The position numbers and the translations under genes were made by a program. The notes beneath the pieces are model-generated. The model was given only the letters and a program-made list of their open reading frames with translations, ran no database searches and had not been told where the DNA came from. A stretch of DNA of 64,000 nt from Patescibacteria group bacterium (GTDB lineage Bacteria; Patescibacteriota; Microgenomatia; 2-02-FULL-39-11): the NCBI GenBank assembly GCA_023379265.1, contig JAMCUI010000004.1, positions 73,273 through 137,272 of the forward strand. The letters are read 5' to 3'. Below are positions 9,873 to 17,707 of the stretch, piece by piece. Every line of letters begins with the position of its first letter. The first letter of the stretch is position 1.

Positions 9873-10733
9873 CTAAATTTTTACCGCTTCAAATTTTATC
9901 TTTCCCAAATCATCCCTTGGGCCGTCAATTCCAAATTCCTCATTTGCTCTTCCCTGAAGTTGGACTATCTCAAGAAGATTGCCCTTCTTTCCGCCTGAGG
10001 AACCTGACACCAGACACAAGTCTCCGGTTTTCCCTACCACTCCATTTAACGTGTTTAGGACAAACTGGGAACGTTTGTTTATACTGACTCTCAATATGCC
10101 GCTTTCCAAAATGCTGTCAGACATATGGCTTCTTTTTATGGTAGTCTTCAAGTTACCATATCCATCCACGGAGGCCACGCAAAACTGCGGCACGTCAGGA
10201 ATAGTTCTTTCCTCAATCGGTTGGCCGACTCTGGACAAATTTCCGTAAATTATCGCCATAGTCGCCTCAGGATAATAATCCCTGGAGCGAAACTGTGTCC
10301 CGCGGTTTGGCACTTCTACCTCCCAAAGGCCTTTGAGCCTGCCTTTTACAAATGAAAGGTTGTAACCGGCATTGACTGCAAAGATAGGGATGCCGTTGTC
10401 TAGGATACCACAGACAAATGCCTGCCTTTCCTCACCATGCCAAAAAATTTCCCCACGGGGTGCGGTGTTGGAAAATATGACCAGATTTTTATGCTCGCTA
10501 TGTAGTCCTTCCTGCGCCAGCCAAAAACCTGTTTCAATGGTGGAAAAGGCATATACTGGATGTTCTGTGACGGCGCTTATCTTTTTTTCCTTGTCAAAAC
10601 GGTAGAAATGGTTACGCACCTCAGAGAAGGCATGATCTGTGGTGTGACCTCCGCCGTAGTCAGCGATAACCTCAATCTGCAACGAATCCCGTTCTATCTT
10701 TTCCAAAAGTCTATAACTCCATTTAGCCTGCAT
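9873..10733 (-). CDS. SAM hydroxide adenosyltransferase / chlorinase-like (DUF62) protein
   Basis: ADYG, NTAPR, TQFRSRDYYP, VDGYGNLKTTI motifs. Confidence 0.75.
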   Translation of the reverse strand: MQAKWSYRLLEKIERDSLQIEVIADYGGGHTTDHAFSEVRNHFYRFDKEKKISAVTEHPVYAFSTIETGFWLAQEGLHSEHKNLVIFSNTAPRGEIFWHGEERQAFVCGILDNGIPIFAVNAGYNLSFVKGRLKGLWEVEVPNRGTQFRSRDYYPEATMAIIYGNLSRVGQPIEERTIPDVPQFCVASVDGYGNLKTTIKRSHMSDSILESGILRVSINKRSQFVLNTLNGVVGKTGDLCLVSGSSGGKKGNLLEIVQLQGRANEEFGIDGPRDDLGKIKFEAVKI

Positions 10734-10845
10734 AATAGATGATTATAGCAAAAATTTCCTTATATCCAAATATATTAATTTAGGCATTTATACCTTTTTT
10801 TCGGCATCATCAACTCAACCTCTTTATTTTATTAAAAATCTAGAT

Positions 10846-12261
10846 TCAGGTCCCTTCCTGCCAACTTGAAAGGTACTTTCGCTGCTCTAAAGTTAAACTA
10901 TCAAATCTGACTTTCATTGCTTTTAACTTCAGCCTAGCTACGCGAGTATCAATAGATTTTGGCAATCTGTAAACTTTAGCTTTTAATTTCCCTCTATTTC
11001 TGACAAAGTGCAAAGCGGCAAGCGCCTGATTGGCAAAAGACATATCCATTACCTCTGCCGGATGCCCTTCCGCCGCCACCAGGTTAACCAATCTTCCCTC
11101 TCCCAACACGTATATTTTTTTACCGTCCGGCAATAAGAATTCCTCCAGATTATTTCGCAAAATTTTTCTCCCCTTGGCAAATTTTACCAGTCCGTCATAA
11201 TCAAACTCTACATTAAAGTGTCCGCTGTTTGCTACAATTGCACCACCATTCATCCTCTTCAGGTTTTCCAAACTGATAACATTCTTATCTCCTGTAGCTG
11301 TCACAAAGAGTTCTCCGTATTTTGCCGCCTTACCTATCCTGTCTACCAGAAATCCATCCATCACCGCTTCAAGTGCCTTGACCGGGTCCACTTCAACCAC
11401 CGTCACCATTGCTCCCATTCCCCGCATTTTGCCTGCAATTCCGCGTCCACACCAGCCGTACCCGCAAACTACCACCCTTTTCCCAGCCAAAAGGATATTT
11501 GTCGCGCGCAATATTCCGTCAATAGTCGACTGGCCAGTACCATAGCGGTTATCAAAAAGGTGTTTAGTATCACTGTCATTGACGGCCACAACCGGTATTT
11601 GCAGCGCCCCGTCTTTCTCCATCGCTTTAAGCCTGATTACCCCAGTTGTCGTCTCTTCAGATGATCCCAGAAATTCCCAATCTTTCATTATATTATATAT
11701 ATTTAATAATTTACCTCCAGATTTAACATTTGAGATCTGAATTTTGAGTTTTTTATGTATCGTACTTACCAGATCAGCCCCGTCATCCATGGTTATCTGC
11801 GGCTTTTTAGCTAAAACCGCATCAATATGTCTATAGTAAGTTTTATTGTCTTCCCCGTGTACGGCAAAAACTGATATCCCGAAATCCGCCACAAGCGATG
11901 CCGCAACAGAATCCTGTGTGGAAAGCGGATTTGAAGCGCACAGATAAACTTCAGCACCACCTGCATGAAGCGCCATCATGAGGTTTGCCGTTTCACTTGT
12001 TACATGCAGGCAGGCACCGATGGTTAACCCGGCAAAAGGTTTCTTTTTTTTGAATTCCCCGGAAATAAGACGCAGCACCGGCATCTGCTGCCCTGCCCAT
12101 TCTATCTTTTTCCTGCCTTCCGAAGCCAAGTCTAAATCTTTTACATCATGATTGCCTTTGGAATTACTGCCCCTCTCGATTTTCTTTTTTCCTTCCGGGG
12201 CAAGTTTAAGATCTTTAACGTCAAAATTTGTTGAGTTCATAACTAACAGATAACTGATCAA
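10846..12261 (-). CDS. ahcY: Adenosylhomocysteinase (start uncertain, N-terminal segment duplicated)
   Basis: CLHVT, DDGADL, EETTTG, KHLFDNRYGTGQS, GYGWCGRG, GHPAEVMDMSF. Confidence 0.97.
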   Translation of the reverse strand: MISYLLVMNSTNFDVKDLKLAPEGKKKIERGSNSKGNHDVKDLDLASEGRKKIEWAGQQMPVLRLISGEFKKKKPFAGLTIGACLHVTSETANLMMALHAGGAEVYLCASNPLSTQDSVAASLVADFGISVFAVHGEDNKTYYRHIDAVLAKKPQITMDDGADLVSTIHKKLKIQISNVKSGGKLLNIYNIMKDWEFLGSSEETTTGVIRLKAMEKDGALQIPVVAVNDSDTKHLFDNRYGTGQSTIDGILRATNILLAGKRVVVCGYGWCGRGIAGKMRGMGAMVTVVEVDPVKALEAVMDGFLVDRIGKAAKYGELFVTATGDKNVISLENLKRMNGGAIVANSGHFNVEFDYDGLVKFAKGRKILRNNLEEFLLPDGKKIYVLGEGRLVNLVAAEGHPAEVMDMSFANQALAALHFVRNRGKLKAKVYRLPKSIDTRVARLKLKAMKVRFDSLTLEQRKYLSSWQEGT

Positions 12262-12321
12262 ACTCTATTTAATAACTTACTCTCAAATTTAAGACTTTAT
12301 TCGTTTGAGATTTTGTAGTAA

Positions 12322-13032
12322 CTATCCTGATATTATTTCTAAAAACTTATCAGTCTCTACCAGACTATCAAGTATATATTTTGCTCCTGTTTTTCGCAAG
12401 ACTTCGCGACTGTCAAATCCGCTTGCTACCGCAATTCCATTTATCCCCACTTTCAAATCTGCTTCAATATCGTATTTTGAATCCCCGACGTCATAAATAT
12501 TTTTGTGAACAAATTTTGTATTCACAATTTTCCCTATTCTACTTATGGCTTGCTCAACAGACTCCGCCTTTGAGGACACGTTGTCGCCAAATCCTCCGGT
12601 AATGAAAAAATCTTTCAACCCTGCTTTTTCCAGTCTAAACCAGCCGATTTTTTCCAAATTTCCGCTTTTTATAGCCAAGGGAATTGACCTTTTCTTTAAT
12701 TCAGACAAAAGAGCCCTGACCCCCGGCATAACCATTTCGGTATAATCCTGCCGGCAATGAGCAAAAAAATATTCCTCTTTTGCGCCTTTCAAATCTTCAA
12801 TTTTGTTATGTATAATTTCCGACTTTATTCCGTGTGAAATTTGAGGCAGCTTTTCTAAGATGACCGCATCCGGCTGCCCATGATGTGTAGGCCAGTCGGA
12901 CAACCTGGCCTCAATACCCAATACTTTTTTCCAGGCGTATTGGAATCCATCCACATGTTCCTGTAAATTCCCTTTAAGGAGCGTCCAGTCGATATCAAAA
13001 AGAATTAATTGGTAATTGAGGCTTTTCATCAT
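12322..13032 (-). CDS. HAD-family hydrolase
   Basis: ILFDIDWTL motif I; VGDSKYDI motif IV. Confidence 0.9.
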   Translation of the reverse strand: MMKSLNYQLILFDIDWTLLKGNLQEHVDGFQYAWKKVLGIEARLSDWPTHHGQPDAVILEKLPQISHGIKSEIIHNKIEDLKGAKEEYFFAHCRQDYTEMVMPGVRALLSELKKRSIPLAIKSGNLEKIGWFRLEKAGLKDFFITGGFGDNVSSKAESVEQAISRIGKIVNTKFVHKNIYDVGDSKYDIEADLKVGINGIAVASGFDSREVLRKTGAKYILDSLVETDKFLEIISG

Positions 13033-13115
13033 TACATCTAGTACTGTGTTCCTTTGATTTTCATACGTTTCTCAAAGCTGATTCATGAGGCAAAATTTAC
13101 GGGACAAAGTATTAG

Positions 13116-14057
13116 TTACAAATTCAATTCTTCTCCGAAATTTTCCCTGTACCGGTCACAAAATTGTTGGACACTATAAACATGAGTGGTGGTACCATAT
13201 TTCTCCACGGTATAAGCTGCGGCAACCGATCCCATCTGTCCACATGTCAAAAGATCAAACCCGCGCATATATCCGGCCATAAAACCTGCCCTATAGGCAT
13301 CTCCTGCCCCTGCCGGGTCAGTGCTGTTTTTTACCCTGGCAGCCTGTATTTGAGTGGTTTGTCCATTTTCACTGATACGGGAACCTCCTTCTCCCAATGT
13401 AGTGATAATAATTTTACCCTTGTTTGACAGTTCGTGAAGATTTTTTACCTCTGTCTTTTTCTCCATCACGCTGACTTCATAGTCATTCCCTATGATGATT
13501 CTTGCTCCTTCAAAAGCGCTTCTCAAATCAGCACCGGAAAACCACGGCAATTGCATTCCCGGGTCAAAAAGAAAAGGTATCTTCTTTCCTCTATACTCTC
13601 TGGCAAAATTAAGCATTGCCCTGGGATTATGAGGCGCAATGATACCAAAATCTATTTTCCTTCTCACAAGAGAGATTGACAACTGGTCTGAAAGGGAATC
13701 TGCTCCGGTATAAAATCCCCATATTTGGTTATCCCTGGAGTCAGTGATACCAAAGGCTGTCGAGGTATAAAGATTCTCAGCCATTTTGACATATGAAGTA
13801 TCCACTTCATTTTTTTCCAAAAACTCCTTATATGAGGTAAAATCCTGACCTGCTACACCCAAAAGCACAGTCCTTATCCCAAGAAGTGAAAGGGAATAAG
13901 CTATGTTTCCCGCTGTGCCGCCAAAACCTTTCCTCATCTGGTTTACGAGAAAAGAAACATTCAGTATATGCTTCTTCTCTGGCATCAGGTGTTCGGAAAA
14001 CTTACCGGGAAAATCCATGATATGGTCAAAAGCAAGGGAACCGGTAATTAATATCAT
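13116..14057 (-). CDS. PfkB-family kinase, adenosine kinase-like
   Basis: TGSLAFDHIM, GGTAGNIAY, DPAGAGDAYRAG; resembles mycobacterial-type AdoK. Confidence 0.88.
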   Translation of the reverse strand: MILITGSLAFDHIMDFPGKFSEHLMPEKKHILNVSFLVNQMRKGFGGTAGNIAYSLSLLGIRTVLLGVAGQDFTSYKEFLEKNEVDTSYVKMAENLYTSTAFGITDSRDNQIWGFYTGADSLSDQLSISLVRRKIDFGIIAPHNPRAMLNFAREYRGKKIPFLFDPGMQLPWFSGADLRSAFEGARIIIGNDYEVSVMEKKTEVKNLHELSNKGKIIITTLGEGGSRISENGQTTQIQAARVKNSTDPAGAGDAYRAGFMAGYMRGFDLLTCGQMGSVAAAYTVEKYGTTTHVYSVQQFCDRYRENFGEELNL

Positions 14058-14133
14058 AGTTATAAAGTTTGAAAGTTTATAAAGTTATAGAAAATATTAC
14101 TTTAAGAACTTTCGACTTTATTAACTTGCAAAC

Positions 14134-14418
14134 TTATTTCCCTCCCCCGAGTAATCCCTGCAGACCACCATTCATTTCAGTCAGTTTTTTGGCGGCTATT
14201 TCCTGGGATTTTTTGATGGCTTCAGAAAGTGCTTCTTTTATTCTCCAGTCTTCCTGGCCGTCTATGAGAATTTCCTTAATTTTCTGATCTCCTGTCATAA
14301 CCACTTTTACCCCGTTCTTCTCAACTGCCACTTCCTCTGCAGCCAGCATCTGCTGCATCTTCATGGCCTGATCCCGCATGGTTTTGAGATCTCCAACAGC
14401 TTTTAACGGATTAAACAT
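14134..14418 (-). CDS. YbaB/EbfC nucleoid-associated protein
   Basis: QAMKMQ..L, VKVVMTGDQKI; directly downstream of dnaX. Confidence 0.88.
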   Translation of the reverse strand: MFNPLKAVGDLKTMRDQAMKMQQMLAAEEVAVEKNGVKVVMTGDQKIKEILIDGQEDWRIKEALSEAIKKSQEIAAKKLTEMNGGLQGLLGGGK

Positions 14419-14448
14419 AAATCCTCCTTTATAAAATTAATAACTATA

Positions 14449-15570
14449 CTATTTTTCGCACCATTCGACAATTGCCAGCTCCAGTGGCAACTGAGGTATG
14501 CTGGCTCCCCTTAATTCCAAATAGACTCTGGAAAAAAGTTTTATAAGAAATGATAAATCATTTTTGCTGAATTTATCAACCATTTCAGCTGAAACTTTAT
14601 TTTTGTCAATTCCAAACTGTGCAACCAGCAAATCATGAAGTAAATGTAATATGTCTTCCGTAAAAAGACGGAAATTAGCCCCGCTTTGTCCCATTTTTAT
14701 TATCTCCTCAAGTAATACTTTTGTATCCTTTTTCCCAATTAGTTGCAGAAATTTTTCCGGGGAAATGTTTTGTTTTCCTAAAAGCACCTTAAGCTTTTCC
14801 TCTGTCAGTGCATTCTCGGCAACAGCCTGCTCCAGTATCTTTGTAGCATCTCTGAAGGAACCGTCAGCGGAGGCAGCAATAAGCCTCAGCGCTTCTTCTG
14901 TCAGTTCCAGTTTTTCTCCCGAAATGACACGGGAAAGGCAATTGGATATCTCTTCGCTCGATGCCTTCTGGAAATTTATCCTGATACATCTGGAGATGAT
15001 AGTCAGCGGCAATTTTTCCGGCTCTGTGGTGGCGAGTATAAATACTGCATGTTGAGGAGGTTCCTCCAAAGTCTTGAGAAGTGCATTGAACGCCTCATTA
15101 GTAAGCATATGCACCTCATCTATGATATAAACCTTGTACTTTCCGGATACCGGTGCCAGCCTTATCTTCTCGCGCAAATCCCGGATTTCCTCAATACCGC
15201 GGTTGGATGCCGCGTCAATCTCAAAGACATCAAGGTTGCTGCCTTCGGTTATTGACAGGCATGCGCTGCATTTATTACATGGTTCTATACTTACATCTGT
15301 TTTACCATCTGTCTGTGAAACTGCTTTTTTATCTTTTTCTTCCTTCTTTTTATTATTTGTTACCTGTTCCCTGTTACCTGTTGCCTCTTCACAATTCAGG
15401 ATTTTGGCAATAATTCTGGCGGCAGATGTCTTGCCGGTACCACGGCTCCCGGAGAAAAGAAACGCATGAGGCATGAAAGATGAGGAGAAAATACGCGTCA
15501 GGCTCTCTCTGACGGCACTACTGTCTAGCTCTGATAATTTTTGCGGACGGTATTTCCTATAAAGCACCAT
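14449..15570 (-). CDS. dnaX: DNA polymerase III subunit gamma/tau (start moved to MVLYRKYRP)
   Basis: LYRKYRP, GSRGTGKTS, EIDAASNRG, DEVHML, TIISRC. Confidence 0.97.
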   Translation of the reverse strand: MVLYRKYRPQKLSELDSSAVRESLTRIFSSSFMPHAFLFSGSRGTGKTSAARIIAKILNCEEATGNREQVTNNKKKEEKDKKAVSQTDGKTDVSIEPCNKCSACLSITEGSNLDVFEIDAASNRGIEEIRDLREKIRLAPVSGKYKVYIIDEVHMLTNEAFNALLKTLEEPPQHAVFILATTEPEKLPLTIISRCIRINFQKASSEEISNCLSRVISGEKLELTEEALRLIAASADGSFRDATKILEQAVAENALTEEKLKVLLGKQNISPEKFLQLIGKKDTKVLLEEIIKMGQSGANFRLFTEDILHLLHDLLVAQFGIDKNKVSAEMVDKFSKNDLSFLIKLFSRVYLELRGASIPQLPLELAIVEWCEK

Positions 15571-15574
15571 AATC

Positions 15575-15970
15575 TTAATCTCCATGATGCTGTCCCAAAA
15601 GGTGCAGCATCCCGTGTTCAACCAACTCATCTATCTTGTCATCGACCAACTTGTTCTCATCGCTTGCTTCCTCACGGGCCACAGGATACGAAATGACTAT
15701 ATCTCCCAGCCTGAGAATCCCATCCGGCATATCTATAAAAGGTGCGTCCTTTTTCTCCTCGGAAAGCGGGAAAGAAAGCACATCGGTCGTCTCATCTAAA
15801 TCACGGTATTTCTTGTTTAAGCTTTTCATCATCCTGTCACCCACGACTGACAGGCTCACCTCCACCCGGGCTTTGACGCCCTTTGCCGACAATACTTTGG
15901 CAATAACTTCCCTCACCCTGTCACGGTTTACAGTATAATGTGATTCCGTTTTTATAAGTACGTTTATCAT
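15575..15970 (-). CDS. ybeY: rRNA maturation endoribonuclease YbeY
   Basis: LNKKYR..TDVLSF, LGDIVIS, HGMLHLLGQHH. Confidence 0.95.
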   Translation of the reverse strand: MINVLIKTESHYTVNRDRVREVIAKVLSAKGVKARVEVSLSVVGDRMMKSLNKKYRDLDETTDVLSFPLSEEKKDAPFIDMPDGILRLGDIVISYPVAREEASDENKLVDDKIDELVEHGMLHLLGQHHGD

Positions 15971-15990
15971 TGTTTATCTTTACTTTCCTG

Positions 15991-16045
15991 ATAACACACT
16001 ACATACTCTCCCATTCTTACGAACAAGAAAATTTTCACTGCGAGC
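15991..16045. repeat. Dispersed ~55-bp intergenic motif, copy 1 of 3
   Basis: Similar to 25403-25458 and 26631-26686 (ATAACRCAC..CCAYYCTTRCGA..AAGAAWATTTTYACTGYRARC). Confidence 0.75.
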
Positions 16046-16084
16046 TATTTATACTTTTTATACAGCTCTGACGCGGGTTTTATG

Positions 16085-16288
16085 TTATACCGCTCTGGCG
16101 CGAGCGCGTCTTCGGGCTTTTTTCCTTCTCTCTATCTCTTTTTTTGCCTCTTTTCTCACTTCAGACGGCTTTACATAAAATTCTTTCTTTTTGAATTCCA
16201 GAAGCAACCCTTCAGCAATGACTTTTTTTGTAAATTTTCTTATAACCGAATCGGAAGTATCTCCCGGTCCTGCTTTGACAAAAACCAT
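16085..16288 (-). CDS. rpsU: 30S ribosomal protein S21
   Basis: IRKFTKKV..EG, KEFYVKPSE, Arg/Lys-rich tail. Confidence 0.88.
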   Translation of the reverse strand: MVFVKAGPGDTSDSVIRKFTKKVIAEGLLLEFKKKEFYVKPSEVRKEAKKEIERRKKARRRARARAV

Positions 16289-16327
16289 AAAAAATAAACA
16301 CCCCCTTACCTTTATTACCCAATTATA

Positions 16328-16675
16328 TTATACCTGCCAATGCGGCTTACTCATCCATCCGCCCAGAATATGGAAATGCAAATGTAAGACAAGCTGCCCT
16401 GCTCCCTCTCCATTATTTGCCACGACTTTATATCCGCTTTTATCTACGTTTGTTTTCCTGGCAATTTCAGACACCGCAATGAGCAATTTTCCCAACAAAT
16501 CCTTATTAGCTGCATCGACATTTGCCAGAGATTCTATATGTTTTTTAGGCACCACCAGTACATGCACCGGCGCTTTAGGATTTATGTCGTTAAAAGCGAC
16601 GATATCCTTATCCTCAAATACTTTTTTGGATGGGATTTCCCCTTTTATGATCTTGCAAAAAATACAATCATCCAT
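16328..16675 (-). CDS. Histidine triad nucleotide-binding protein (HinT)
   Basis: DCIFCKII, AFNDINP, HLHFHILGG. Confidence 0.95.
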   Translation of the reverse strand: MDDCIFCKIIKGEIPSKKVFEDKDIVAFNDINPKAPVHVLVVPKKHIESLANVDAANKDLLGKLLIAVSEIARKTNVDKSGYKVVANNGEGAGQLVLHLHFHILGGWMSKPHWQV

Positions 16676-16716
16676 AATCTAATTGACAATAATCTCTTTT
16701 GGTTCTTTGTTATCTG

Positions 16717-17598
16717 TTATTTACTCTTTGATTTCAACACTTCAATAATCTCCCTCAGCGTCAGTTTTGTTGCCTTTGTCTGGGGATTTTTCATAGAACC
16801 GTTCAAGACCATATTTTTGCCGGCATGCAAAAACCATGTAGCTTCCTTATCAATTTCCTTATATCTATTATAACAGTCAGTCAAATCCACTCTTGGGTCA
16901 GGAAGGGACTTGATACGCACATAACCTTTTTTGGGATCCTTGCGGACAGCGATTACATAACCGGATTTTTGCGCGATGCGTATTGTCTCATCATTTATGG
17001 TTTCGATACCTATCCCTTTTCCCCACTTGGATTGGAACTCTACTCCGTTTTCCTTTATTTCTCTTTCAGCCCAGACCTTATTTTGCATCGCTTTATAAAT
17101 GCCGTCAAGAGCCTCCATAGCATGACTGATAATCCGCAGATGGTCATCAGAATAAATCAGCTTCCACCCATCCATTATGCCAACCAGCCCGAAATCGTAA
17201 AAGTCGGCAGTGGGGTTGGGAAAATACACTTCCTTAAAGTGGTCTATAATGTTGACCACATCAACCAGTCTCTCCATAGCCTCATCGGGAAATTCTTTAT
17301 GAATCTTATCTTTTGGCCTTTGGCTTTTGGCCTTTGGCTTTAGAACTTGCGAAATGTATTCCATTGTGCGTTTTGCAGCACATGTATCCTCTCCAGTCTG
17401 ATGGTGATCTAGTATACCCATCCCGGTATCCACATGCAAAATATCAGGGTCACTATCAACGGGTTCGTTACCTAGAGTCTTTCCTGCCGGAACAAAAGCG
17501 ACATCCGCACTCTCCCATCCTGGCAAAAAGCGCTTCAGGAGCCAAACGGACGACACCGCATCCACATCTGGTGCCATATGGGTCACTATCGTTTTCAT
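16717..17598 (-). CDS. Hypothetical protein, possible DHH/MYG1-like metal-dependent hydrolase
   Basis: IVTH..PDVD, VDTG...DHHQ motifs. Confidence 0.6.
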   Translation of the reverse strand: MKTIVTHMAPDVDAVSSVWLLKRFLPGWESADVAFVPAGKTLGNEPVDSDPDILHVDTGMGILDHHQTGEDTCAAKRTMEYISQVLKPKAKSQRPKDKIHKEFPDEAMERLVDVVNIIDHFKEVYFPNPTADFYDFGLVGIMDGWKLIYSDDHLRIISHAMEALDGIYKAMQNKVWAEREIKENGVEFQSKWGKGIGIETINDETIRIAQKSGYVIAVRKDPKKGYVRIKSLPDPRVDLTDCYNRYKEIDKEATWFLHAGKNMVLNGSMKNPQTKATKLTLREIIEVLKSKSK

Positions 17599-17672
17599 AT
17601 CTAAAATATCACAAACCTAACAAGAAACTTATTACAATCTGCTGGTGCCATATGGGTCACTATCGTTTTCAT
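17568..17672. repeat. 31-bp direct repeat of the start of the 16717-17598 gene
   Basis: CTGGTGCCATATGGGTCACTATCGTTTTCAT at 17568-17598 and 17642-17672, 43 bp apart. Confidence 0.9.
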
Positions 17673-17707
17673 CATCTTATTTTAAGTTAATTGTCTGTGT
17701 TAGTCTA

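Noticed and set aside
14058-14132. AAAGTT/AACTTT 8-9-mer inverted cluster
   Set aside because: Low-complexity intergenic repeat of the same kind as 9791-9867; no specific function is supportable.
17568-17672. Repeat-spacer-repeat (31/43/31 bp) as a mini-CRISPR
   Set aside because: The repeat is the gene's own first codons, there are only two copies, and it is not palindromic.
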